Virus record (IMG/VR): IMGVR_UViG_3300034072_000758
Span: 310,001 to 374,000 of that record
Length of the DNA: 64,000 nucleotides
Reading direction: 5' to 3' (one strand)
This document shows positions 38,800 to 45,042 of the stretch, in pieces. The notes under the pieces are model-generated. The model ran no database searches, was not told where the DNA came from, and saw nothing but the letters and a program-made list of their open reading frames with translations. Position numbers and translations under genes: made by a program. How positions within the stretch are numbered: the first letter of the stretch is position 1; each line of letters begins with the position of its first letter.

Positions 38800-38842
38800 G
38801 ATTATATTTATCATAGACAAATATCAAACGCAACTAAAAAGT

Positions 38843-39214
38843 CTAATTTCTTTGACCACCATCAAGAATCAGATGAAAGAAAAAATCCTCCAACTCTTCT
38901 TCGGATTTCCAATTACGAATCTTATAACTAACGATGTCCCAATTATCCCAATCTTCGCTGGTTCGGTACAGCTTACCGTAACTTTGCCATTCTCCGCCCT
39001 TATGAGGCCCATAGGTGATGCTGATCACAAAGAACTCGTGGACAGTAAAAGTAAACCGGGTAAGACTGTGAATGTGCTCGTATATAGGTTTCTTGGAAGT
39101 CTTATGGTATCGGGCCATAATACGATATTCTTTATCGTCTACTGACAATAGATACCCATTTGGATACACATTCGTTTCCAATAGAATACCAGCAATGGCC
39201 TTGGTAATAATCAT
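38843..39214 (-). CDS. Hypothetical protein
   Basis: Coupled ORF. Confidence 0.6.
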   Translation of the reverse strand: MIITKAIAGILLETNVYPNGYLLSVDDKEYRIMARYHKTSKKPIYEHIHSLTRFTFTVHEFFVISITYGPHKGGEWQSYGKLYRTSEDWDNWDIVSYKIRNWKSEEELEDFFFHLILDGGQRN

Positions 39215-39633
39215 ACCAACATTCTAGCAGTAACTAGAAAATCGTCAAGACCTTCATAGCTCTTGGTAGTTGTGATCATACAAATTCTTCTAACGAGTTC
39301 ACGATGATCCGTAAGAATAATGTATAGGGCGTCTTTTCCGAGGTTCGCCCACTCCATGTGTAAATGGATTGAGAATTTGAATTTACCCGGAGAACTAATA
39401 TCCAATCGCCCGGTATATTTGTGATTATATGGTTTGATGTAATTCATCACCAAATCACCATTTGGCGTCTTTAAGACCCGGCGTCTGGAATCACGATCTC
39501 GAATTACATTACCGTATGGAGAGACGGGTAGTAAATCATTGTACAATTTGATCATGGCGCGGGCCAAATCAATATCACCGGGGTTCAACTCGAATAACTC
39601 ATCACCATCTTTATCCAGTTGATTGATACTCAT
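39211..39633 (-). CDS. Hypothetical protein
   Basis: GAGGGG SD right after tRNA-Ser. Confidence 0.6.
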   Translation of the reverse strand: MSINQLDKDGDELFELNPGDIDLARAMIKLYNDLLPVSPYGNVIRDRDSRRRVLKTPNGDLVMNYIKPYNHKYTGRLDISSPGKFKFSIHLHMEWANLGKDALYIILTDHRELVRRICMITTTKSYEGLDDFLVTARMLV

Positions 39634-39645
39634 AGTAAACCCCTC

Positions 39646-39735
39646 TGGCGGAAGCGGTGGGATTCGAACCCACGGAGGACTTTCACCCTCGCAGCTTTAG
39701 CAAAGCTGTGCTATCGACCACTCAGCCACGCTTCC
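39646..39735 (-). tRNA. tRNA-Ser(GCT) with CCA
   Basis: CAGCT-TTGCTAA-AGCTG, long variable arm, G73. Confidence 0.93.
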
Positions 39736-39737
39736 AT

Positions 39738-39926
39738 TTAAAAGTCGTTATTCAACGACTTCTGTTCTGTTGTCTCATACTTGTAGTTCTTTTTCAACCA
39801 GTCCCGACATATTTTCATATGCCAGTCCCGTTGATTATACGCCTTATCACTACTCAGTTCCACATAATCACTTGCGATATATTGGATAAGCTGTTCGGCA
39901 GTCAATTGATCTGTGTACTCACTCAT
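39738..39926 (-). CDS. Small hypothetical protein in the tRNA operon
   Basis: ORF between tRNAs. Confidence 0.55.
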   Translation of the reverse strand: MSEYTDQLTAEQLIQYIASDYVELSSDKAYNQRDWHMKICRDWLKKNYKYETTEQKSLNNDF

Positions 39927-39938
39927 GGACGTATCGTA

Positions 39939-40160
39939 TCATGTTAAGTCAGATTTTTCAATTTTTAATATAAGCAGTATTTTTTCATCATCGGTTAAGC
40001 TCTCAGCCATACTAATTTCCTCATATACTGCTGGACAACCGATACGAAGGGACGTTACTTCATCAAGCATAAGTTCGAACGTAAGTGTACCTCGCTCAAT
40101 TCCACTTACGTAGACTTGAATTAACATACACCAAGCTTTGAATATTTGCTCATTAGTCAT
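39939..40160 (-). CDS. Small hypothetical protein in the tRNA operon
   Basis: MTNEQIF...; ATG overlaps the CCA end of tRNA-Cys. Confidence 0.5.
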   Translation of the reverse strand: MTNEQIFKAWCMLIQVYVSGIERGTLTFELMLDEVTSLRIGCPAVYEEISMAESLTDDEKILLILKIEKSDLT

Positions 40161-40234
40161 GGAGTTCCCGATAGGATTCGAACCTACATAAGACGGGGTT
40201 GCAATCCGCCGCATAGCCTTTCTGCCACAGGAAC
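40160..40234 (-). tRNA. tRNA-Cys(GCA) with CCA
   Basis: GCGGA-TTGCAAC-CCCGT, U73. Confidence 0.9.
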
Positions 40235-40253
40235 ATAACCGGATTATACCGGG

Positions 40254-40342
40254 CGGACAATGGGGGATTCGAACCCCCGGAGGACATTACTGCCCTCACT
40301 CGCTTTCCAAGCGAGCGCGATAGACCGCTCTGCCAACTGTCC
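40254..40342 (-). tRNA. tRNA-Ser(GGA)
   Basis: CTCGC-TTGGAAA-GCGAG, long variable arm, G73 followed by CCC. Confidence 0.92.
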
Positions 40343-40600
40343 TTACTTTTGCCATATATGAGACTGTTCATCAACCTTTACCGGAAAGGTATGAACAGTC
40401 GTGCGAAAAAGAAAGTCCGATCCCATCTGACCAACAAGTCGATCAGTAAATGCTTCTGGGGTATAGTGATCGTTTACCCCAGCTAGGATCGCCGTCTTCA
40501 ATATGGCTTCGCATTCGTTGCTATCATCAAACTTATCCATATCGACAAACCATAAACGGCTATTCCGATCATTATAAGTTTCAACAACAGCATATATCAT
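40343..40600 (-). CDS. Hypothetical protein in the tRNA operon
   Basis: Coupled to the Nudix gene. Confidence 0.6.
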   Translation of the reverse strand: MIYAVVETYNDRNSRLWFVDMDKFDDSNECEAILKTAILAGVNDHYTPEAFTDRLVGQMGSDFLFRTTVHTFPVKVDEQSHIWQK

Positions 40601-41097
40601 TTTTGCCTTTCGAACCAGCTTTTAACCACATCGGTATGAGACCCGAAGCAAAGTTCTTCCGGTTCCAAAATGGCTCGGATTGCTGGCACTTCATTGGTTG
40701 GAACGAAGTCTTTCAAAACTTGTGCCATCGGAATAGGCGTCTTAGCTTCGCAAAAGGCCATCATATTACGACCGTTGTTGTATGAACTTATCAGACGAAC
40801 ATCAACCGGGTCAATAACCAGTCCAGTTTCTTCCACAAGCTCACGTACCGCAGCATGTTCGATAGAAGCGTCAGAAAGCTCTTGGAAGCCACCTACGAGC
40901 GCCCAGCCGTCCTTACAAGGTTGAATGCCTCGTTGGGCTACCAGAAGGCCCACAGAGCCTAATGGGAACGATACCGGTAAGAGAAGTACAGCAACCCCGA
41001 TTGGGTTGATGAATGTGATGTTGCCGCAGCTTGAACAAGCCTTGGGGTACTCAGTCGCGGTATGCTCGGTGCCGCAGAATTTACAGAACTTGTCCAT
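40597..41097 (-). CDS. Zinc-ribbon Nudix hydrolase
   Basis: FCKFCG..CSSCG..F.NP; WALVGGF...AAVRELVEETG. Confidence 0.88.
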   Translation of the reverse strand: MDKFCKFCGTEHTATEYPKACSSCGNITFINPIGVAVLLLPVSFPLGSVGLLVAQRGIQPCKDGWALVGGFQELSDASIEHAAVRELVEETGLVIDPVDVRLISSYNNGRNMMAFCEAKTPIPMAQVLKDFVPTNEVPAIRAILEPEELCFGSHTDVVKSWFERQK

Positions 41098-41122
41098 TTA
41101 TATCGCCAGAATTTTTACGGAG

Positions 41123-41207
41123 CGGAAGCGGTGGGATTCGAACCCACGGAACCTTACGGTTCGGAAGTTTTCAAGACTTCTGGGATAAACCTCTCCCCCA
41201 CGCTTCC
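41123..41207 (-). tRNA. tRNA-Ser(TGA), no CCA
   Basis: GAAGT-CTTGAAA-ACTTC, long variable arm, G73. Confidence 0.92.
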
Positions 41208-41214
41208 TTAAATA

Positions 41215-41421
41215 TTAGAAATGTCGTCTTCTGACTTTTCTTACTATAGAATCAACCGCTTTTTCCTCAGTCGGTTGGCCATTCACTATTATAACTACGG
41301 TGTCAGCCTGTCCACCTAAGTCAGTGACCGCCTCTTCCGCTTCGTATAATGCTTCTTTTGATGTTTCGGCGTTAATTTTAGATTTCGAACGAAAGACGTA
41401 TTCTACTTCAAATTCAGCCAT
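41215..41421 (-). CDS. Small hypothetical protein in the tRNA operon
   Basis: MAEFEVEYVF... after GAAGG. Confidence 0.55.
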   Translation of the reverse strand: MAEFEVEYVFRSKSKINAETSKEALYEAEEAVTDLGGQADTVVIIVNGQPTEEKAVDSIVRKVRRRHF

Positions 41422-41496
41422 AACACGTAGACCTTCAACACGATTATTACTCTTTTTACGTCTAACACGATGGTAAAGACTGGTCAATTTATTTTG

Positions 41497-41586
41497 TGGC
41501 GGATGGTGAGGGATTTGAACCCCCGGTTCCTTTCGGAACGCCAGTTTTCGAAACTGGTGCAATCAGCCGGACTCTGCCAACCATCC
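41497..41586 (-). tRNA. tRNA-Ser(CGA) with CCA
   Basis: CCAGT-TTCGAAA-ACTGG, long variable arm, G73. Confidence 0.93.
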
Positions 41587-41587
41587 G

Positions 41588-41662
41588 TGGACTATGATGG
41601 AATCGAACCATCGCTATCGTTGAGTTACAACGACGACCTATCCTTTACAGGTCTGATAGCCC
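41588..41662 (-). tRNA. Atypical tRNA-like RNA: Ala-type acceptor (G3.U70, A73) with nominal AAC anticodon
   Basis: GGGCTAT/ATAGTCC-A; 5-bp D stem GACCT/AGGTC; TCGTT-GTAACTC-AACGA; canonical T arm. Confidence 0.7.
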
Positions 41663-41673
41663 TTAATTTTAAT

Positions 41674-41762
41674 TGGGGGACGGGTGGGATTCGAACCCAC
41701 GGAACCTTCTACAAGACCCTCCCGCGTCAATCGGGACACCTTAAGCCACTCAGTCACCGTCC
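41674..41762 (-). tRNA. Atypical tRNA-Ser(TGA)-like gene (6-bp acceptor, C discriminator, CCA)
   Basis: GGACGG/CCGTCC-C-CCA; TCCCG-ATTGACG-CGGGA; long variable arm. Confidence 0.65.
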
Positions 41763-41767
41763 ATCAA

Positions 41768-41980
41768 TTAAACCGTCTGTTCTTCGATCAAAGACATATG
41801 CTTCCTGATCCAACGCATAAAGAACAATCCTTTATCCTTGGTCAAGAAGCGGGCAGTCCCGCAATCGGAGATCGGAACCGGAAACTCAAACCCATCTTCG
41901 CAGCGATAGATCAAGTTGCCGTCCTGATAGTGAACGAAGTTTACTTCGCCTTTTACTCTTGTTTTAATGTCAGCCATCAC
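41768..41980 (-). CDS. Small hypothetical protein in the tRNA operon
   Basis: ..GNLIYRCEDGFEFPVPISDCGTARFL..DK..FFMRWIRK; AAGGG SD. Confidence 0.7.
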   Translation of the reverse strand: MMADIKTRVKGEVNFVHYQDGNLIYRCEDGFEFPVPISDCGTARFLTKDKGLFFMRWIRKHMSLIEEQTV

Positions 41981-42000
41981 TTTACCCTTTCATTCAGTGA

Positions 42001-42084
42001 TGGTGTGTCGTGATGGATTCGAACCACCGTGCCTTTCGGATGGGGGTTACAACCCCACGCAATCAACCGCTCTGCCAACGACAC
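42001..42084 (-). tRNA. tRNA-Tyr(GTA), copy 2, with CCA
   Basis: TGGGG-TTGTAAC-CCCCA, long variable arm, A73. Confidence 0.9.
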
Positions 42085-42096
42085 ATAAAGGATTAA

Positions 42097-42220
42097 TCGA
42101 CCCCTCGCCTTCGGGCTTTTACCGCTGGTCATTAGGCTACCGGAGAGGAGTTTCCGTAGCCTCAGCTTACTATGTGCTCACCCCGTTTGGAGGCATACCC
42201 CTACTAGGTTAAAGTAAGCA
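42097..42220 (-). ncRNA. Candidate structured RNA between the two tRNA-Tyr genes
   Basis: Stems GCTTACT/AGTAAGC, AGGCTAC-GGA/TCC-GTAGCCT, GACC/GGTC; no ORF. Confidence 0.45.
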
Positions 42221-42227
42221 CTTCATT

Positions 42228-42312
42228 TGGTGTATGGTGCTGGATTCGAACCAGCGCGCCTTTCGGAACAGATTTACAGTCTGTCGGTATCGACCAACTC
42301 ACCCAACCATAC
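42228..42312 (-). tRNA. tRNA-Tyr(GTA), copy 1, with CCA
   Basis: ACAGA-CTGTAAA-TCTGT, long variable arm, A73. Confidence 0.92.
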
Positions 42313-42313
42313 G

Positions 42314-42385
42314 TACTCGGTAATGGAATCGAACCATTATCTTCGGAGCCACAATCCGACGCTCTTACCGTTGAGCTAACCAAGC
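42314..42385 (-). tRNA. tRNA-His(GTG), alphaproteobacterial type without G-1 (G1.U72, A73)
   Basis: U at -1; GCTTGGT/ACCGAGT-A; TCGGA-TTGTGGC-TCCGA. Confidence 0.9.
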
Positions 42386-42404
42386 ATAGTTATAAGATTC
42401 ACAA

Positions 42405-42416
42405 TGTAAAAGAACA
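42405..42416 (-). promoter_or_regulatory. boxA-like antitermination element
   Basis: TGTTCTTTTACA versus rrn boxA TGCTCTTTAACA, preceded by a hairpin (42415-42466). Confidence 0.5.
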
Positions 42417-42467
42417 TGTCTCATACACGATACAAGAAGAGGCTTCTTGCTTCATTAATGAGACATT

Positions 42468-42544
42468 TGGGGTGACCAACGGGATTCGAACCCGCGCTTG
42501 GAGATTCACAGTCTCTCGTGCTAACCGCTAACACTATGGCCACC
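42468..42544 (-). tRNA. tRNA-His(GTG), canonical G-1:C73 type with CCA
   Basis: G-GTGGCCA/TGGTCAC-C-CCA; anticodon loop CTGTGAA. Confidence 0.92.
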
Positions 42545-42554
42545 ATAAAGATCG

Positions 42555-43167
42555 CTACAGAGCTAACATCAGTCGATCAACTCCAATCGCCCAACCAATA
42601 CCTTCTGAGTATCGGCCACCACCGGCAATCTGTTTTTGTGCTCCAAGTTTGGAACACTCTGCTTCGAAACCTTCTTCAACATAATAGGTCAAACCGCGCT
42701 TAACCGAGTCCGTGAATGAGTATTCGACGCCAAGCTTGTCTAAACACAACTTCAAAAGCCTCTTGGCCTCTTCTGTCGAATTGTCAACTTCACCGAGGAT
42801 TTCCACACCAAATTGGGTGAACTCTCGATAACGACCAGCTTGAGGTCGTTCGTAGCGATAGCACCGGGAGACGTAGAAAATCCTCTTGGACTTACTTGTC
42901 TTTGACCAGTTATCCCGCCAAAGTTCTTGGACTAAGCCGGTGACTTCGGGGATCAAACATACCGGACGGTTTGCCTTATCCTCGAAAGCCCACATTTGAT
43001 TGATGATCTCAGACCCCGCCTTGTCGATGAACGTTTGTTGTTCCCACAAGGCTGGAAGAATCACTTCCTCAAATCCAGCTTCAATGAAGAGACCCCCTAA
43101 GAGCCTCGATTACACGGACGTAGGACTTAGCTTCGTCCCCTTCCAAAATTCTCGTACCTCGTAACAT
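42555..43167 (-). CDS. hisS: Minimal catalytic-domain-only histidyl-tRNA synthetase (about 203 aa); needs a +1 shift near 43093-43101
   Basis: MLRGTR..; GFEEVILP (motif 1), LIPEVT, YRYERPQAGRYREFTQFGVE (motif 2), RGLTYY, GGGRY, GWAIGVDRL (motif 3); no insertion or anticodon-binding domain; frame break at CTT AGG GGG T. Confidence 0.85.
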
Positions 43168-43183
43168 TCCATTCTCCAAAAAC

Positions 43184-43208
43184 AAAAAACCCGCCAAGAC
43201 TGGCGGGC
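43184..43208 (-). terminator. Attenuator terminator T2
   Basis: CCCGCCA-GTCT-TGGCGGG-TTTTTT. Confidence 0.85.
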
Positions 43209-43211
43209 ATT

Positions 43212-43239
43212 AAAAAACCCGCCTAATCGGAGCGGGTTT
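43212..43239 (-). terminator. Attenuator terminator T1
   Basis: AAACCCGCT-CCGATTA-GGCGGGTTT-TTT. Confidence 0.85.
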
Positions 43240-43277
43240 AGAAGCTTCTATGATTTTCAGTTAATCATATAGTCGCG

Positions 43278-43340
43278 TCAAAACCCACCCTTGCTAGAGT
43301 GCGAATAAGAGCAGCTATGTGAATACGACATGAAAGTCAT
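43278..43340 (-). CDS. Attenuator leader peptide MTFMSYSHSCSYSHSSKGGF
   Basis: AAAGGA SD; ATG ACT TTC ATG TCG TAT TCA CAT AGC TGC TCT TAT TCG CAC TCT AGC AAG GGT GGG TTT TGA; 3' end GGGTGGGTTT complementary to the T1 left arm. Confidence 0.85.
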   Translation of the reverse strand: MTFMSYSHSCSYSHSSKGGF

Positions 43341-43420
43341 TGTAGCAGTTCCTTTGTTACCAGCGGGGGTGTGATAGGGCGCACCCTATAACGACGACTT
43401 TTTCCCTCGCCATCTTTTTC

Positions 43421-43450
43421 TATTTAGCATCTTTCGCAAAAACGTGTCAA
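43421..43450 (-). promoter_or_regulatory. Promoter of the leader-hisS-tRNA operon
   Basis: TTGACA (43450-43445)-N18-TAAATA (43426-43421), also readable as TTGACA-N16-GCTAAATA. Confidence 0.7.
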
Positions 43451-43463
43451 TTTATTTTTTAAA

Positions 43464-43766
43464 TTAATTTTTGCGGGCGTTGTAGACGAATCTCCCAACC
43501 TCTTTATTATTATGAGAAGCGATAACAATGGTCGTCGCAAACGTGTCAATATCGGAGTTATCATCAACCGGTGGCTGAGACATTGTTAACTTATATCCAT
43601 ATTTTTTAGATAAATCGACAAACTCTTTCAATTGCTGACTAGAATTTCGTCCAGCAATACCACCAAAATCAAGACGCAGATAATTATTACTTGGGTTGAT
43701 GTCTTGAACCGAAGCCTCATTCAACACCATCTTGTTTTGAATTTCTCTATACCATTCGTTGTCCAT
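43464..43766 (-). CDS. Hypothetical late protein
   Basis: TAAATA-N5-ATG; VLNE motif. Confidence 0.65.
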   Translation of the reverse strand: MDNEWYREIQNKMVLNEASVQDINPSNNYLRLDFGGIAGRNSSQQLKEFVDLSKKYGYKLTMSQPPVDDNSDIDTFATTIVIASHNNKEVGRFVYNARKN

Positions 43767-43814
43767 GCTTGTATTTATTTGACTTTTAGTAAAGTTGTAT
43801 GTATAACAATATAC

Positions 43815-44570
43815 ATGAAAAGATTACTGATCCTCAGCCTTGTGCTGGCCTCCTTCTCTACACCTTCCTATGCGGCTCAAAAGAAGCCGTTGCCTAATGC
43901 TGTCTGTGCGCCACTAATCAAACATGTCAGCGTCATTCCGGGGCAAATGATTTGTCGTGCTGGGTACGTGGCGATCTATGACGCTCGCAACCGTATTCCA
44001 GAAATGGTGATATACAATAATGACCGAGCAAAGCTGTCAGCTTGTGGGAAACGTACTGATCGGTTCCAGCGAGACGAGAGTGTCAGTGATGGTGCTCTCC
44101 CAGCAGACTACACCGGGACAGGATATGATCGCGGTCACATGGCTCCGAACAATGACATGATTTACGATCCAGTCATTGAAGAAGAGAGCTTCATCATGAC
44201 CAACATTGTTCCCCAAAAGCCAACCCTCAATCGTGGCATCTGGAAGGAACTGGAAACTCATGCTCGTGAAAAATCATACGCGGTGGGTAATCTAACAATT
44301 ATCACCGGGGTCATCTATCGCCCGAATAATGCTCGCCTCAAGGGGCGGGTTCTGATCCCAGATGGCTTCTATAAAATATTGGTCGATCATAAAGCTAAGA
44401 CGACCGAGACATATATCATGTATCAGAACGACAAGACCGGGCCTATTTCATCCTATCTGAGCACTCGAAAAGAAGTCCAGCGCTTGACCGGCCATCGTTT
44501 TAACTTGGACGGTTATCAAGACGCCAAGTGGACAATCAGTTATCGAAACATCCACAAGGAGTGTAAATAA
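43815..44570 (+). CDS. Secreted DNA/RNA non-specific endonuclease (NucA/EndoG family)
   Basis: Signal peptide MKRLLILSLVLASFSTPSYA; DY...GYDRGHMAP, SF.MTNIVPQ...LNRGIWKELE, IPDGFYKI. Confidence 0.9.
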   Translation: MKRLLILSLVLASFSTPSYAAQKKPLPNAVCAPLIKHVSVIPGQMICRAGYVAIYDARNRIPEMVIYNNDRAKLSACGKRTDRFQRDESVSDGALPADYTGTGYDRGHMAPNNDMIYDPVIEEESFIMTNIVPQKPTLNRGIWKELETHAREKSYAVGNLTIITGVIYRPNNARLKGRVLIPDGFYKILVDHKAKTTETYIMYQNDKTGPISSYLSTRKEVQRLTGHRFNLDGYQDAKWTISYRNIHKECK

Positions 44571-44571
44571 A

Positions 44572-44599
44572 GAAAAACCCGCCAACTCGGCGGGTTTTT
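44572..44599. terminator. Bidirectional intrinsic terminator
   Basis: AAAAACCCGCC-AACTC-GGCGGGTTTTTT. Confidence 0.85.
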
Positions 44600-44601
44600 T
44601 A

Positions 44602-44739
44602 TTAGTCTTTCTTCACGAAAGGAGCCAAGAACGGAAACTTAGCCAAGAGCTTTGCGAGAAGGGCTTTAGCCCAAGCCGGTGTAGGCAAGAAGAACCAACC
44701 AAGAAACAGGCCAACGAGCAAGTACAGGATATTCATCAT
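44602..44739 (-). CDS. Small membrane peptide (45 aa), not in the ORF track
   Basis: MMNILYLLVGLFLGWFFLPTPAWAKALLAKLLAKFPFLAPFVKKD; GAGGTG SD; TAAATA upstream. Confidence 0.7.
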   Translation of the reverse strand: MMNILYLLVGLFLGWFFLPTPAWAKALLAKLLAKFPFLAPFVKKD

Positions 44740-44772
44740 AATTACCACCTCATAAACTGGTATAGATATTTA

Positions 44773-45006
44773 TCAGTGTGCGATGATTTCGTCTGTATTG
44801 AAAACCACGGGTAGGTCTTCAAATGTTTCGGGAAAATTGCTGGCGACCAGTGATTTATTAAAGATCACAATGGCTGGTGGATTGAACCACATAGTAACAC
44901 CTAATACTTTGTATTGTTCGACAAAACGATCCACGACCTCCCGAATTTCATCAGGAGATAGGTGTGGTGTTTCTACCGGGATCAGGTCTTCATATTGAGT
45001 ACGCAT
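44773..45006 (-). CDS. Hypothetical protein
   Basis: AAGGAG SD. Confidence 0.65.
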   Translation of the reverse strand: MRTQYEDLIPVETPHLSPDEIREVVDRFVEQYKVLGVTMWFNPPAIVIFNKSLVASNFPETFEDLPVVFNTDEIIAH

Positions 45007-45042
45007 AGTTTATTCTCCTTGGTCGTCTGTATAAATAAATGT

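Noticed and set aside
39657-42212. Plus-strand ORFs across the tRNA cluster (e.g. MGFEPT...)
   Set aside because: Reverse-complement translations of tRNA genes.
42555-43064. HisZ, or a 169-aa product starting at GTG 43064
   Set aside because: His-binding and motif 2/3 residues are HisRS-like. The upstream frame supplies the RGTR N-terminus with an SD, so a frameshifted longer gene fits better.
43357-43413. Upstream mini-ORF MAREKVVVIGCALSHPRW ahead of the leader peptide
   Set aside because: No SD, 7-nt rather than 5-nt spacing from TAAATA, and no codon enrichment; translation cannot be supported.
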